The position numbers and the translations under genes are program-made. Below, one piece after another: positions 28,565-35,644 of a stretch of 64,000 bases of DNA (positions are counted from its first letter, which is position 1; each line of letters starts with the position of its first letter). Below the pieces are notes generated by a model. The model was not told the origin of the DNA and did not search any database. It saw only the letters and a list, made by a program, of their open reading frames with translations. The stretch covers positions 64,001 to 128,000 of the IMG/VR virus record IMGVR_UViG_3300042307_001176; one strand, 5' to 3'. Source of the DNA: a virus.

Positions 28565-29416
28565 ATGGCAACAACAAGACCTTTTTCGTATAATCCAACG
28601 CAATCAACAATTGCTGGAACTACTAATTTAGGTACCATATGTATAGGAGTATCTGATTTAGACTATGCTGCTAGCCCTGGAGGATTAACGTGGTGGATGG
28701 GACCGGATGAAGATAATTCTTATGTAGTATGCAAGGATGTACCAGCTCAAAATTTCCCTACTCCGTTAGGAAATATAGGCAATGTACAATTTTGGAGATG
28801 CACTAATACAGATTTAGCATTTAGAGATATGGTATCTACAATAAGTGGTACTACACAAGCATCGGCTTCAGCAGCTAGTGATTGGTTAGCATCTAATAAC
28901 TATTGGACTAACAGAAATCCATATCTTGCAGGTCTATATAAAACAACTTACTCTGGATATTTCGCAGATTCAGTTAGTTTCTTTGCAACTGCAACTCCTC
29001 AAGCATTTGGAACAAACCCAGCTACTTCTGTACAAACTACTGCAATATCAGAAGCAGCTAGTGGTGATGGTGATTATTTTAGTTGTCAATGGTTGGGTTA
29101 TTTCAGTCCGACTACTACTCAAACTTATACATTTTACACCAACTCGGATGATGCATCTTATGTGTGGGTTGGAGCAAATGCGATATCTGGATTTACTACA
29201 GCAAACGCAACAGTCAATAATGGAGGTGCTCATGGTCCTATAGAGGCATCAGGTTCTATAGATCTAACTGCAGGAGTTTATTATCCTATAAGAATTCAAT
29301 TCGGTGAAGCCGGCGGAGGTGATGTACTTACTTTCAATTATTCAACACCAACGATAGCAAAAACAACTAATGTAACAGGATTAGTTTTCTATAATACATC
29401 AACTAACGGATTCTAA
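28565..29416 (+). CDS. putative virion fibre/decoration protein with PA14 domain
   Basis: W.GYF.P...YTFYTNSDDASYVW...YYPIRIQFGE.GGG. Confidence 0.75.
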   Translation: MATTRPFSYNPTQSTIAGTTNLGTICIGVSDLDYAASPGGLTWWMGPDEDNSYVVCKDVPAQNFPTPLGNIGNVQFWRCTNTDLAFRDMVSTISGTTQASASAASDWLASNNYWTNRNPYLAGLYKTTYSGYFADSVSFFATATPQAFGTNPATSVQTTAISEAASGDGDYFSCQWLGYFSPTTTQTYTFYTNSDDASYVWVGANAISGFTTANATVNNGGAHGPIEASGSIDLTAGVYYPIRIQFGEAGGGDVLTFNYSTPTIAKTTNVTGLVFYNTSTNGF

Positions 29417-29421
29417 AACAT

Positions 29422-30198
29422 ATGGCAACAACAAGAGCATTTTCATATAATCCAACACAATCAACAATTGCGGGAACTACGAATGTGGGTACTCTATGTA
29501 TAGGTGTATCTCCTTTAGCATATAGTACTAACCCTGGTGGATTAACCTGGTGGATGGGACCAGACGAAGATAATTCTTACGTGATAGCTAAGGATGTATC
29601 AGCTGGAAATTTTCCCACTCCTGTAGGGAACGTAGGTAATGTACAATTTTGGAGATGCACTAATACGGATTTAGCATTTAAAGATTTAGTATCTATAATA
29701 AGTGGTACTGCACAAGCATCGGCTTCAGCAGCTAAATCATGGCTAACAACAAATAATTATTGGACTAATTATACCAGTGGTGTAACTTTCTCTCGCCCTT
29801 TCGTTAATGGTATTGCACCAGGAGCTACCACAGAAACTGCTTGGAATACATTCAGAGCAGCATTAACGGGATCTTATACACAATTTGTTATATCAAATTC
29901 ATTAGGATTTAGTCTAACCGTAAGCCATGCTACTTCGGTCCAAACTTTGGCAGATGCTTTAAAAAATGCAACAAGCAATACCTCAGTAACTATAAACAGC
30001 GTAGTTTGGAGAGTGGGAACAGCTTGTGGAACTCCTTCTATTGGTGGAGTTGCTGTTGAATTTTCTAATGTAGGAAGCTGTACTGGATCAAGTACTATAG
30101 CATTTAGACCTATGATTAATAACTTAAACTGGGGAGGTATGGGTACAGGGTCTACTGTAAGCCAGGCTTCTCAAACAATGACACTAACATTTAGCTAA
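29422..30198 (+). CDS. paralog of 28565: shared N-terminal ~115 aa, different C-terminal domain
   Basis: Near-identical MATTR.FSYNPTQSTIAGTTN...NNYWTN N-terminus. Confidence 0.75.
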   Translation: MATTRAFSYNPTQSTIAGTTNVGTLCIGVSPLAYSTNPGGLTWWMGPDEDNSYVIAKDVSAGNFPTPVGNVGNVQFWRCTNTDLAFKDLVSIISGTAQASASAAKSWLTTNNYWTNYTSGVTFSRPFVNGIAPGATTETAWNTFRAALTGSYTQFVISNSLGFSLTVSHATSVQTLADALKNATSNTSVTINSVVWRVGTACGTPSIGGVAVEFSNVGSCTGSSTIAFRPMINNLNWGGMGTGSTVSQASQTMTLTFS

Positions 30199-30361
30199 TG
30201 GAAAATTATAGAATAATGAATATAACAGTAACACCATATATTGTTGTTCCTGGTAAAGAATCGCTAACTCTAGAAGAATGCATATTGTGGATAAATGAAA
30301 ACGGAGGAGATTGTCCTTTATGTAATTACACCATACAGCCATCGGAACATAATATATAGTC

Positions 30362-30494
30362 AGATATATAAGTAATGAAAACATTTAAAGATTTTATTTA
30401 CGAAAAAATTAATGAAGACACATTATCGTATAGGGGATTAGTTTTCTATAATACATCAACTAACGGATTTTAAAACATATGGCAACAACAAGAG
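30362..30494 (+). repeat. chimeric duplication scar
   Basis: 30362-30440 identical to 30630-30708; 30435-30494 matches 29378-29437; junction microhomology GGATTA. Confidence 0.85.
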
Positions 30495-30642
30495 AATTTG
30501 CATATAATTTACAATAAATTAAATAAATAGAGAATATTAAAAATTAGGCAAAGTAACCACAAACCCACTGGTAATAGGCAGTTCTTGAGATGGAATGCAA
30601 TATAAAACGTAAGTCCTGCTTTGCCTTTTAGATATATAAGTA

Positions 30643-31227
30643 ATGAAAACATTTAAAGATTTTATTTACGAAAAAATTAATGAAGACACATTATCGTATA
30701 GGGGATTAAAATTTAATTTTAATTCAACTATCGATGGGTATGTTAAAGTAAAAGAAGATGATCCAACTATATCATTTGATAGTGAAACCTCGTTTGATAA
30801 ACTTATAATAACCGATCCTCGTGAATTCTTTAACTTTAGATATGATAATGAAAAGGATAATAAGAACTTATCTTCTATTGATTCAGAAAATGTTCTTAGA
30901 ATTAGAATTGGATCTAAAGATTTTAAGGGAAGATCCGGCGGGGTTACTCATGTATCTGTAAGAGTCCCTGAAAATTTTGACTATAATAAATTTCAATTAG
31001 AGTTACCTAATATAAAGATAGCGCTTACAGATAGAACTGAAGTAGACAGAGTTATTAAAGAAGTTGAGGCTCTTGTAACTAAATGTGCAGGGGAAGAACC
31101 TAATGCGTATTCAGATAATAAACCAGATTACAGACAGGACATCGTAAATTTTATTAAATCTATAGAAGAAAAGCTAGGTAAAGAAGATACCAAAAGAATA
31201 TTTATTGATATTATTAATAAATTGTAA
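30643..31227 (+). CDS. hypothetical protein (MKTFKDFIYE peptide)
   Basis: 194 aa ORF after GATATATA. Confidence 0.65.
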   Translation: MKTFKDFIYEKINEDTLSYRGLKFNFNSTIDGYVKVKEDDPTISFDSETSFDKLIITDPREFFNFRYDNEKDNKNLSSIDSENVLRIRIGSKDFKGRSGGVTHVSVRVPENFDYNKFQLELPNIKIALTDRTEVDRVIKEVEALVTKCAGEEPNAYSDNKPDYRQDIVNFIKSIEEKLGKEDTKRIFIDIINKL

Positions 31228-31265
31228 AATTTAATTTACATAGATAAGAATATATAAAATAAAAA

Positions 31266-31544
31266 ATGAAACATCTTAAAAAATATCAATCTAATAATTC
31301 AGAAATTAACGAAGGATTTTGGGATTCTCTTTTTGGCAAACCCACTGTTGATGATGCTGCTCATGACCAAATGAGAGGTCAAGGATGGAGCCACAGAGGT
31401 AAAGACGAAGAAAATTATATCATGTTTCAAGGACAAAAGTTCTATCCAGAACAGATCCAATATGATGATGCTTATTCAACTAAACAAATACCAAGAGTTG
31501 AAGGTGGTATGCTAATCGTAGCTAACCCAGCTTGGAATTTATAA
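31266..31544 (+). CDS. hypothetical protein (MKHLKKY peptide)
   Basis: 92 aa ORF after GAATATATA. Confidence 0.6.
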   Translation: MKHLKKYQSNNSEINEGFWDSLFGKPTVDDAAHDQMRGQGWSHRGKDEENYIMFQGQKFYPEQIQYDDAYSTKQIPRVEGGMLIVANPAWNL

Positions 31545-31633
31545 TAAAAATAAAAAAATATCAGAAATCGTTTTTTAATGAGAAACTTTTCTGTACATTT
31601 GGAGTATATAATAAAAAAGGAACAAAACTTTCA

Positions 31634-31723
31634 ATGAAACACTTTTTAAATATCGCAACAGATTTTCAACTTCGTAAAGAGGATGACCTTCTAGAGGATA
31701 GATTTAAGTGTCAGAGGAAATAA
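31634..31723 (+). CDS. leader peptide 2 (MKHFLNIATDFQLRKEDDLLEDRFKCQRK) of the tRNA operon 2 attenuator
   Basis: Follows TACATTTG (31594); EDDLLED run matches the downstream Glu, Asp and Leu(TAG) tRNAs. Confidence 0.8.
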   Translation: MKHFLNIATDFQLRKEDDLLEDRFKCQRK

Positions 31724-31794
31724 ATTTATATAATGATATAATTTAAACCTCTGATAACCTCAGAGGTTTTTTTGTTTTATACGCTCTTTGAAAT
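31711..31794 (+). promoter_or_regulatory. attenuator 2: antiterminator, terminator and boxA
   Basis: tcagagg (31711-17) complementary to cctctga; terminator aaacctctga/tcagaggttt plus T run (31745-31773); GCTCTTTGAAAT at 31783-94. Confidence 0.8.
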
Positions 31795-31797
31795 TAC

Positions 31798-31869
31798 GCT
31801 GCCATCGTCTAACGGTTAGGACCTATGGTTTTCATCCATAAAATCGGAGTTCGATTCTCCGTGGCAGTA
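31798..31869 (+). tRNA. tRNA-Glu(TTC)
   Basis: tatgg-ttttcat-ccata. Confidence 0.93.
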
Positions 31870-31880
31870 CAAAAAATTAA

Positions 31881-31955
31881 GGTCCCGTAGTTAAACGGCT
31901 ATAATGCTGCCCTGTCACGGCAGAGTTCGGAGTTCGATTCTCCGCGGGACCGCCA
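31881..31955 (+). tRNA. tRNA-Asp(GTC)
   Basis: ctgcc-ctgtcac-ggcag; encoded CCA. Confidence 0.95.
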
Positions 31956-31963
31956 AATTATAT

Positions 31964-32036
<73 letters not shown>

Positions 32037-32040
32037 CTAA

Positions 32041-32121
32041 GCCCAGGTGGTGAAATGGTATACACGCTAGTCTTAGAAATTAGTGACGTAAGTCGTGAGG
32101 GTTCGAGTCCCTCCCTAGGTA
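32041..32121 (+). tRNA. tRNA-Leu(TAG)
   Basis: ctagt-cttagaa-attag; long variable arm. Confidence 0.92.
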
Positions 32122-32123
32122 CT

Positions 32124-32693
32124 ATGAAAATTATATTTTTAGATCATGACGGTGTAATTTGTCTTTCCCAACAATTTGGAGGACGTTACAAAAAGCAGGC
32201 TAAAGCTAGAAAAAAGCTTTCTCAGGATCTGATGACTTTTCCTGTTGGAGCTAGGTTTGATAATTTTGATAAGAAAGCAATAAAGGTTTTAAATACAATC
32301 TTAGAAGAAACAGGAGCTGAAATAGTGGTTTCTTCAGATTGGAAAAACTGGGCAACTGTAGAAGAAATGGGTGAATACTATAAAGAGCAAGGAATTATTA
32401 AAACTCCTATAGATTTCACTCCTAGAGAATACACGTTACCAGAGAAACAAGAATGGCATCCAGATTGGGATTTAGAAGCATCAAGAACTTTAGAAATCCA
32501 AGAATGGTTGAAAGATCATCCAGAAGTCTCTCATTGGGTAGCAATAGATGATTTGGATATGAGTTTTAAAGAAGTATCTTCTAATAGAAGCGGTACCGGA
32601 TGGGGATTAATAAATTTCGTACACACTCCAAGCCTTAATGAAGGTATTAAAAAATGTGGAATTAAAGAAAAAGTTTTAAAATTTTTAAAATAA
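32124..32693 (+). CDS. HAD-superfamily phosphatase (HAD_SAK_2, RNA-repair-associated type)
   Basis: IIFLDHDGV, IVVSSDW, EI..WL...WVAIDD; start is the ATG right after tRNA-Leu. Confidence 0.8.
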   Translation: MKIIFLDHDGVICLSQQFGGRYKKQAKARKKLSQDLMTFPVGARFDNFDKKAIKVLNTILEETGAEIVVSSDWKNWATVEEMGEYYKEQGIIKTPIDFTPREYTLPEKQEWHPDWDLEASRTLEIQEWLKDHPEVSHWVAIDDLDMSFKEVSSNRSGTGWGLINFVHTPSLNEGIKKCGIKEKVLKFLK

Positions 32694-32790
32694 TTTAAGA
32701 AATCATTTTTTTATCCCGTTACATTTGGTTATCTTTGTAATATAAATTAACAAACTTTATTTACAATTTACAATTTACAAAAAACCTATT

Positions 32791-33168
32791 ATGAAAAATC
32801 AAAAATTAAAAAGAGTTACTATGAGTGTATCTCACGAGAATCCTGATGCACAGGTAAATTTTAAATCAATCGGAATTGGAAAAGATCAAAGAGAAGCAGC
32901 TATTTTTGCTTTAGGATCTTTCTTAAATGTTATAGATGGAGTAAGCCAAGAAGGTATATCAGATTACAACGAAGCTTTGGAAATGGTTAATGCTCAATAT
33001 TCGGAAGCTGAAATAGTATCATTTACTGAAACCCAATTGGAAAGGGCAAAAGATGCTTTTATTACTACTTACGAAACAACTAAAGTTGATTATGTTTGGG
33101 ACGAAGTAGAAGATGGAATGGCTTTGGGCTTGATCGAAGGATTAGAAATAATCGAAGAGGAATATTAA
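32791..33168 (+). CDS. acidic hypothetical protein
   Basis: 125 aa ORF behind a TAnnTTTG promoter. Confidence 0.6.
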   Translation: MKNQKLKRVTMSVSHENPDAQVNFKSIGIGKDQREAAIFALGSFLNVIDGVSQEGISDYNEALEMVNAQYSEAEIVSFTETQLERAKDAFITTYETTKVDYVWDEVEDGMALGLIEGLEIIEEEY

Positions 33169-33254
33169 AAAATATCAAAAAACATCTTTTTATTCAAAAA
33201 AGATATTGTACTTTTGCGAAACTATTCTGGAAACAGGATATATAATTAAGAAAA

Positions 33255-33362
33255 ATGAAAAACTGTAGTAAACATAACATCAATCGCATGATCAGTCAGA
33301 TTAATGGCTGCTATCAAACGGTGGCGTTTTGGGCAAAGGGGAAAGAACCCGATCGAAGCTAA
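33255..33362 (+). CDS. leader peptide 3 (MKNCSKHNINRMISQINGCYQTVAFWAKGKEPDRS) of the tRNA operon 3 attenuator
   Basis: Follows TACTTTTG (33209); first 30 codons use exactly the 16 amino acids of the 16 downstream tRNAs. Confidence 0.85.
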   Translation: MKNCSKHNINRMISQINGCYQTVAFWAKGKEPDRS

Positions 33363-33436
33363 TACAGGAAATCATATTTAGATATTTTGGAAAAGGCTTT
33401 GATTCACATCAAAGCCTTTTTTTTGTTCTTTGACAT
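33351..33436 (+). promoter_or_regulatory. attenuator 3: antiterminator, terminator and boxA
   Basis: gatcgaagct (33351-60) pairs with ggctttgatt (33395-404); terminator aaaaggctttgat/atcaaagcctttt plus T run; GTTCTTTGACAT at 33425-36. Confidence 0.8.
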
Positions 33437-33448
33437 ACTGGAAAAAAT

Positions 33449-33521
33449 GGTACCGTAGCTCAGTCGGTAGAGCACTAGACTGAAAATCTAGGTGTCGCCG
33501 GTTCGATTCCGGCCGGTACCA
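33449..33521 (+). tRNA. tRNA-Phe(GAA)
   Basis: ctaga-ctgaaaa-tctag. Confidence 0.95.
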
Positions 33522-33531
33522 CAATTAAAAT

Positions 33532-33604
33532 GATCTCGTAGCTCAGCTGGTAGAGCACCGCACTTTTAATGCGGGAGTCGAGGGTTCGAGCCCCTCCGGG
33601 ATCA
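33532..33604 (+). tRNA. tRNA-Lys(TTT)
   Basis: ccgca-cttttaa-tgcgg. Confidence 0.95.
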
Positions 33605-33610
33605 CTACAC

Positions 33611-33683
33611 ACATCAGTAGCTCAATTGGTAGAGTGTTGGTCTCCAAAACCAAAGGTTGTAGGTTCGATTCCTACCTGGTGTG
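33611..33683 (+). tRNA. tRNA-Trp(CCA)
   Basis: ttggt-ctccaaa-accaa. Confidence 0.95.
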
Positions 33684-33689
33684 CTAAAA

Positions 33690-33762
33690 GGCTCTGTAGT
33701 TCAAGGGATTAGAATGGATCACTACGGATGATCTGATCCTGGTTCGAATCCAGGTGGAGTCT
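33690..33762 (+). tRNA. tRNA-Arg(ACG)
   Basis: gatca-ctacgga-tgatc. Confidence 0.92.
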
Positions 33763-33773
33763 CAAACAAATAG

Positions 33774-33844
33774 GGTCGTGTGGTCGAGTGGTTAGGCACT
33801 AGTCTGCAAAACTAGTTATACTGGTTCAATTCCAGTCACGACCT
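33774..33844 (+). tRNA. tRNA-Cys(GCA)
   Basis: ctagt-ctgcaaa-actag; U73. Confidence 0.95.
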
Positions 33845-33861
33845 CAAAAAAATTTAAAAAT

Positions 33862-33999
33862 ATGATGATAGAAAGTAAAATAGTAGCCAGAGGAAGTTTC
33901 CCCTCAAGCAGAGAAAACTTAAGAAGAGAAACATTAAAATTTAATAGAGCCAAAATATTGATCGGAAGAATTAAAAGACTAATTAACAAAGGAAAGTAA
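33862..33999 (+). CDS. small basic ORF inside tRNA operon 3
   Basis: 45 aa MMIESKIVARGSFPSSRENLRRETLKFNRAKILIGRIKRLINKGK; stop overlaps the 5' end of tRNA-Ser. Confidence 0.4.
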   Translation: MMIESKIVARGSFPSSRENLRRETLKFNRAKILIGRIKRLINKGK

Positions 34000-34076
34000 T
34001 CTCAGATGGTGACGGGGCTCGCCTGCTAAGCGAAGCGTACCTTAATTGGTATTTGGTTCGATTCCAATTCTTTCCG
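33991..34076 (+). tRNA. tRNA-Ser(GCT)
   Basis: tcgc-ctgctaa-gcga; long variable arm; G73. Confidence 0.85.
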
Positions 34077-34082
34077 CAACAT

Positions 34083-34159
34083 TGACATATAGCTCAGTTG
34101 GTTAGAGCGTTGATCTGATACGTCAAAGGCCGAAGGTTCGAATCCTTCTATGTCAACCA
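34083..34159 (+). tRNA. tRNA-Ile(GAT)
   Basis: ttgat-ctgatac-gtcaa; encoded CCA. Confidence 0.92.
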
Positions 34160-34164
34160 CATTT

Positions 34165-34237
34165 AGTCTCTTAGCTCAGTTGGCAGAGCGTTTGGTTTAC
34201 ATCCAAAATGTCGGGGGTTCGAATCCCTCAGGGACTA
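34165..34237 (+). tRNA. tRNA-Val(TAC)
   Basis: tttgg-tttacat-ccaaa. Confidence 0.93.
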
Positions 34238-34239
34238 CA

Positions 34240-34321
34240 AGATTAGAAGCGGCGAATGGGGTTACTTCTCAGAACTTTTAAATTTGACCAAAAAACACCT
34301 CGCTCAAATATTCTCTAATCT
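34240..34321 (+). ncRNA. Y-RNA-like structured RNA, copy 4, within tRNA operon 3
   Basis: agattaga/tctaatct; GAAGCGG; GGGGTTACTTC; AACAC; AATATTCTC, same architecture as the 24042-24436 copies. Confidence 0.7.
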
Positions 34322-34326
34322 AAACT

Positions 34327-34398
34327 GGGGATGTAGCTCAGCGGTAGAGCTCTCGACTGTTAATCGATAGGTCGCTGGTTCGAATCCAGCCTTCCCCG
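34327..34398 (+). tRNA. tRNA-Asn(GTT)
   Basis: tcga-ctgttaa-tcga. Confidence 0.93.
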
Positions 34399-34403
34399 CA
34401 ATT

Positions 34404-34485
34404 CGGAGTGTTGAGCAATTGGCTGCTCAGCTGACTGTAAATCAGCCGCCTTAAGGCATTGGGGGTTCGAATCCCTCCGCTCCGA
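34404..34485 (+). tRNA. tRNA-Tyr(GTA)
   Basis: gctga-ctgtaaa-tcagc; long variable arm. Confidence 0.92.
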
Positions 34486-34505
34486 CACAGTGTATCTGTA
34501 AGATA

Positions 34506-34558
34506 TAGAGACGGACAGTCCGACGGTTGAAGTGGATGCGTAATTCCACACGTCTCTA
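34506..34558 (+). ncRNA. unidentified small structured element
   Basis: tagagacg/cgtctcta closing stem with internal gtgga/tccac hairpin. Confidence 0.35.
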
Positions 34559-34561
34559 AAT

Positions 34562-34637
34562 GCGATAGTAGCTCAGTTGGTAGAGCACCGTCCTTCCAAG
34601 TCGGGGGTCGCAGGTTCGAATCCTGTCTATCGCTCCA
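34562..34637 (+). tRNA. tRNA-Gly(TCC)
   Basis: cttccaa loop; U73 and CCA. Confidence 0.93.
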
Positions 34638-34638
34638 C

Positions 34639-34711
34639 GGGGTAGTAGCTCAATTGGCTGAGCGCTTCCTTTGCAAGGAAGAGGATGTGGGTTCAAGTCC
34701 CATCTACTCCA
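34639..34711 (+). tRNA. tRNA-Ala(TGC)
   Basis: cttcc-tttgcaa-ggaag; G3:U70. Confidence 0.95.
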
Positions 34712-34718
34712 CTTATAT

Positions 34719-34791
34719 GGCGAGTTAGCTCAGTTGGTAGAGCGTTGGAATCATACCCCAAAGGTCGGCAGTTCGAACCTGCCACTCGCTA
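34719..34791 (+). tRNA. elongator tRNA-Met(CAT)
   Basis: GGCGAGT acceptor; atcatac loop. Confidence 0.85.
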
Positions 34792-34793
34792 CT

Positions 34794-34870
34794 GTGACGG
34801 TAGCTCAGTTGGTTAGAGCGTCTGATTGTGGTTCAGAAGGTCGGGGGTTCGATTCCCCTCTGTCACCCCA
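34794..34870 (+). tRNA. tRNA-His(GTG)
   Basis: tctga-ttgtggt-tcaga; C73 and CCA. Confidence 0.93.
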
Positions 34871-34871
34871 T

Positions 34872-34944
34872 GCCTTTGTAGCTCAGTTGGTAGAGCACTT
34901 CACTTGTAATGAAGATGTCGCAGGTTCAATCCCTGTCAAAGGCT
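34872..34944 (+). tRNA. tRNA-Thr(TGT)
   Basis: cttca-cttgtaa-tgaag. Confidence 0.95.
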
Positions 34945-34950
34945 CTAAAT

Positions 34951-35023
34951 TGTCCTGTGGTGTAATTGGCAACACGTCTGGTTTTGGACCAGAAGAGTCC
35001 AGGTTCGAGCCCTGGCGGGACAT
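34951..35023 (+). tRNA. tRNA-Gln(TTG)
   Basis: tctgg-ttttgga-ccaga; U1-A72. Confidence 0.93.
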
Positions 35024-35070
35024 CTAAAAAATAAGATAAATAGATTGACCAGTGTGTAAAAAATGTAGTT

Positions 35071-35559
35071 ATGAAAGTGCTAGTTCTAAATAATGACTTT
35101 ACTCCTATAAGTGTTACCGACTTTGCTCGTGGATTTAAGCTTGTGTATAAAGGTAAAGCAGAAGTTTTAGAGCACGATGAACAAAATCCAATTGTTACTG
35201 AACAAAGCACTTACAAAAGACCTTCTGTTATCAGACTTTTAAAATATGTTGTATTGCCTTTTAAGAAGTTAAAACCGACTAGGGAAAATATCTTTAGAAG
35301 AGATGGGATGAAATGTGTTTATTGTGATACTACTAAGAACCTAACAATAGATCACGTTCTACCTAGATCTAGAGGTGGAGTTAATACATGGGAGAATCTA
35401 ACAACATGTTGTTCAAAATGTAACAATAAAAAAGATGACAGGACTCCAGAAGAAGCTGGAATGAGAATGAGACAGAAACCATTCAAGCCAGGATACGGAT
35501 ATTTTATACGCAATTTCGCAAAAGGATTGGAGGTATGGACAGCATATCTCCCTGATTAA
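35071..35559 (+). CDS. HNH endonuclease
   Basis: VLVLN...PSVIRL...RD...CVYC...TIDHVLPRSRGG..TWEN...C..CN..K. Confidence 0.9.
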   Translation: MKVLVLNNDFTPISVTDFARGFKLVYKGKAEVLEHDEQNPIVTEQSTYKRPSVIRLLKYVVLPFKKLKPTRENIFRRDGMKCVYCDTTKNLTIDHVLPRSRGGVNTWENLTTCCSKCNNKKDDRTPEEAGMRMRQKPFKPGYGYFIRNFAKGLEVWTAYLPD

Positions 35560-35566
35560 AAATTAA

Positions 35567-35597
35567 CCCCGGATTTATCAATAATCTGGGGCTTTTT
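35567..35597 (+). terminator. intrinsic terminator
   Basis: ccccggatt...aatctgggg plus T run. Confidence 0.7.
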
Positions 35598-35644
35598 GTG
35601 GAAATCTTTATCGTCACATAATCTATAAGAAGTAAACTATTATT

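Noticed and set aside
32055-32123. N-terminal extension of the HAD ORF in the track
   Set aside because: Lies within tRNA-Leu; the HAD motif I starts right after the ATG at 32124.
34360-35210. ORFs 34360-34551, 34671-35027 and 34926-35210
   Set aside because: They overlap tRNA genes or are antisense to the HNH gene.
35071-35559. HNH gene as part of an intron or insertion sequence
   Set aside because: No interrupted gene, intron core or terminal repeats; treated as a free-standing HNH.
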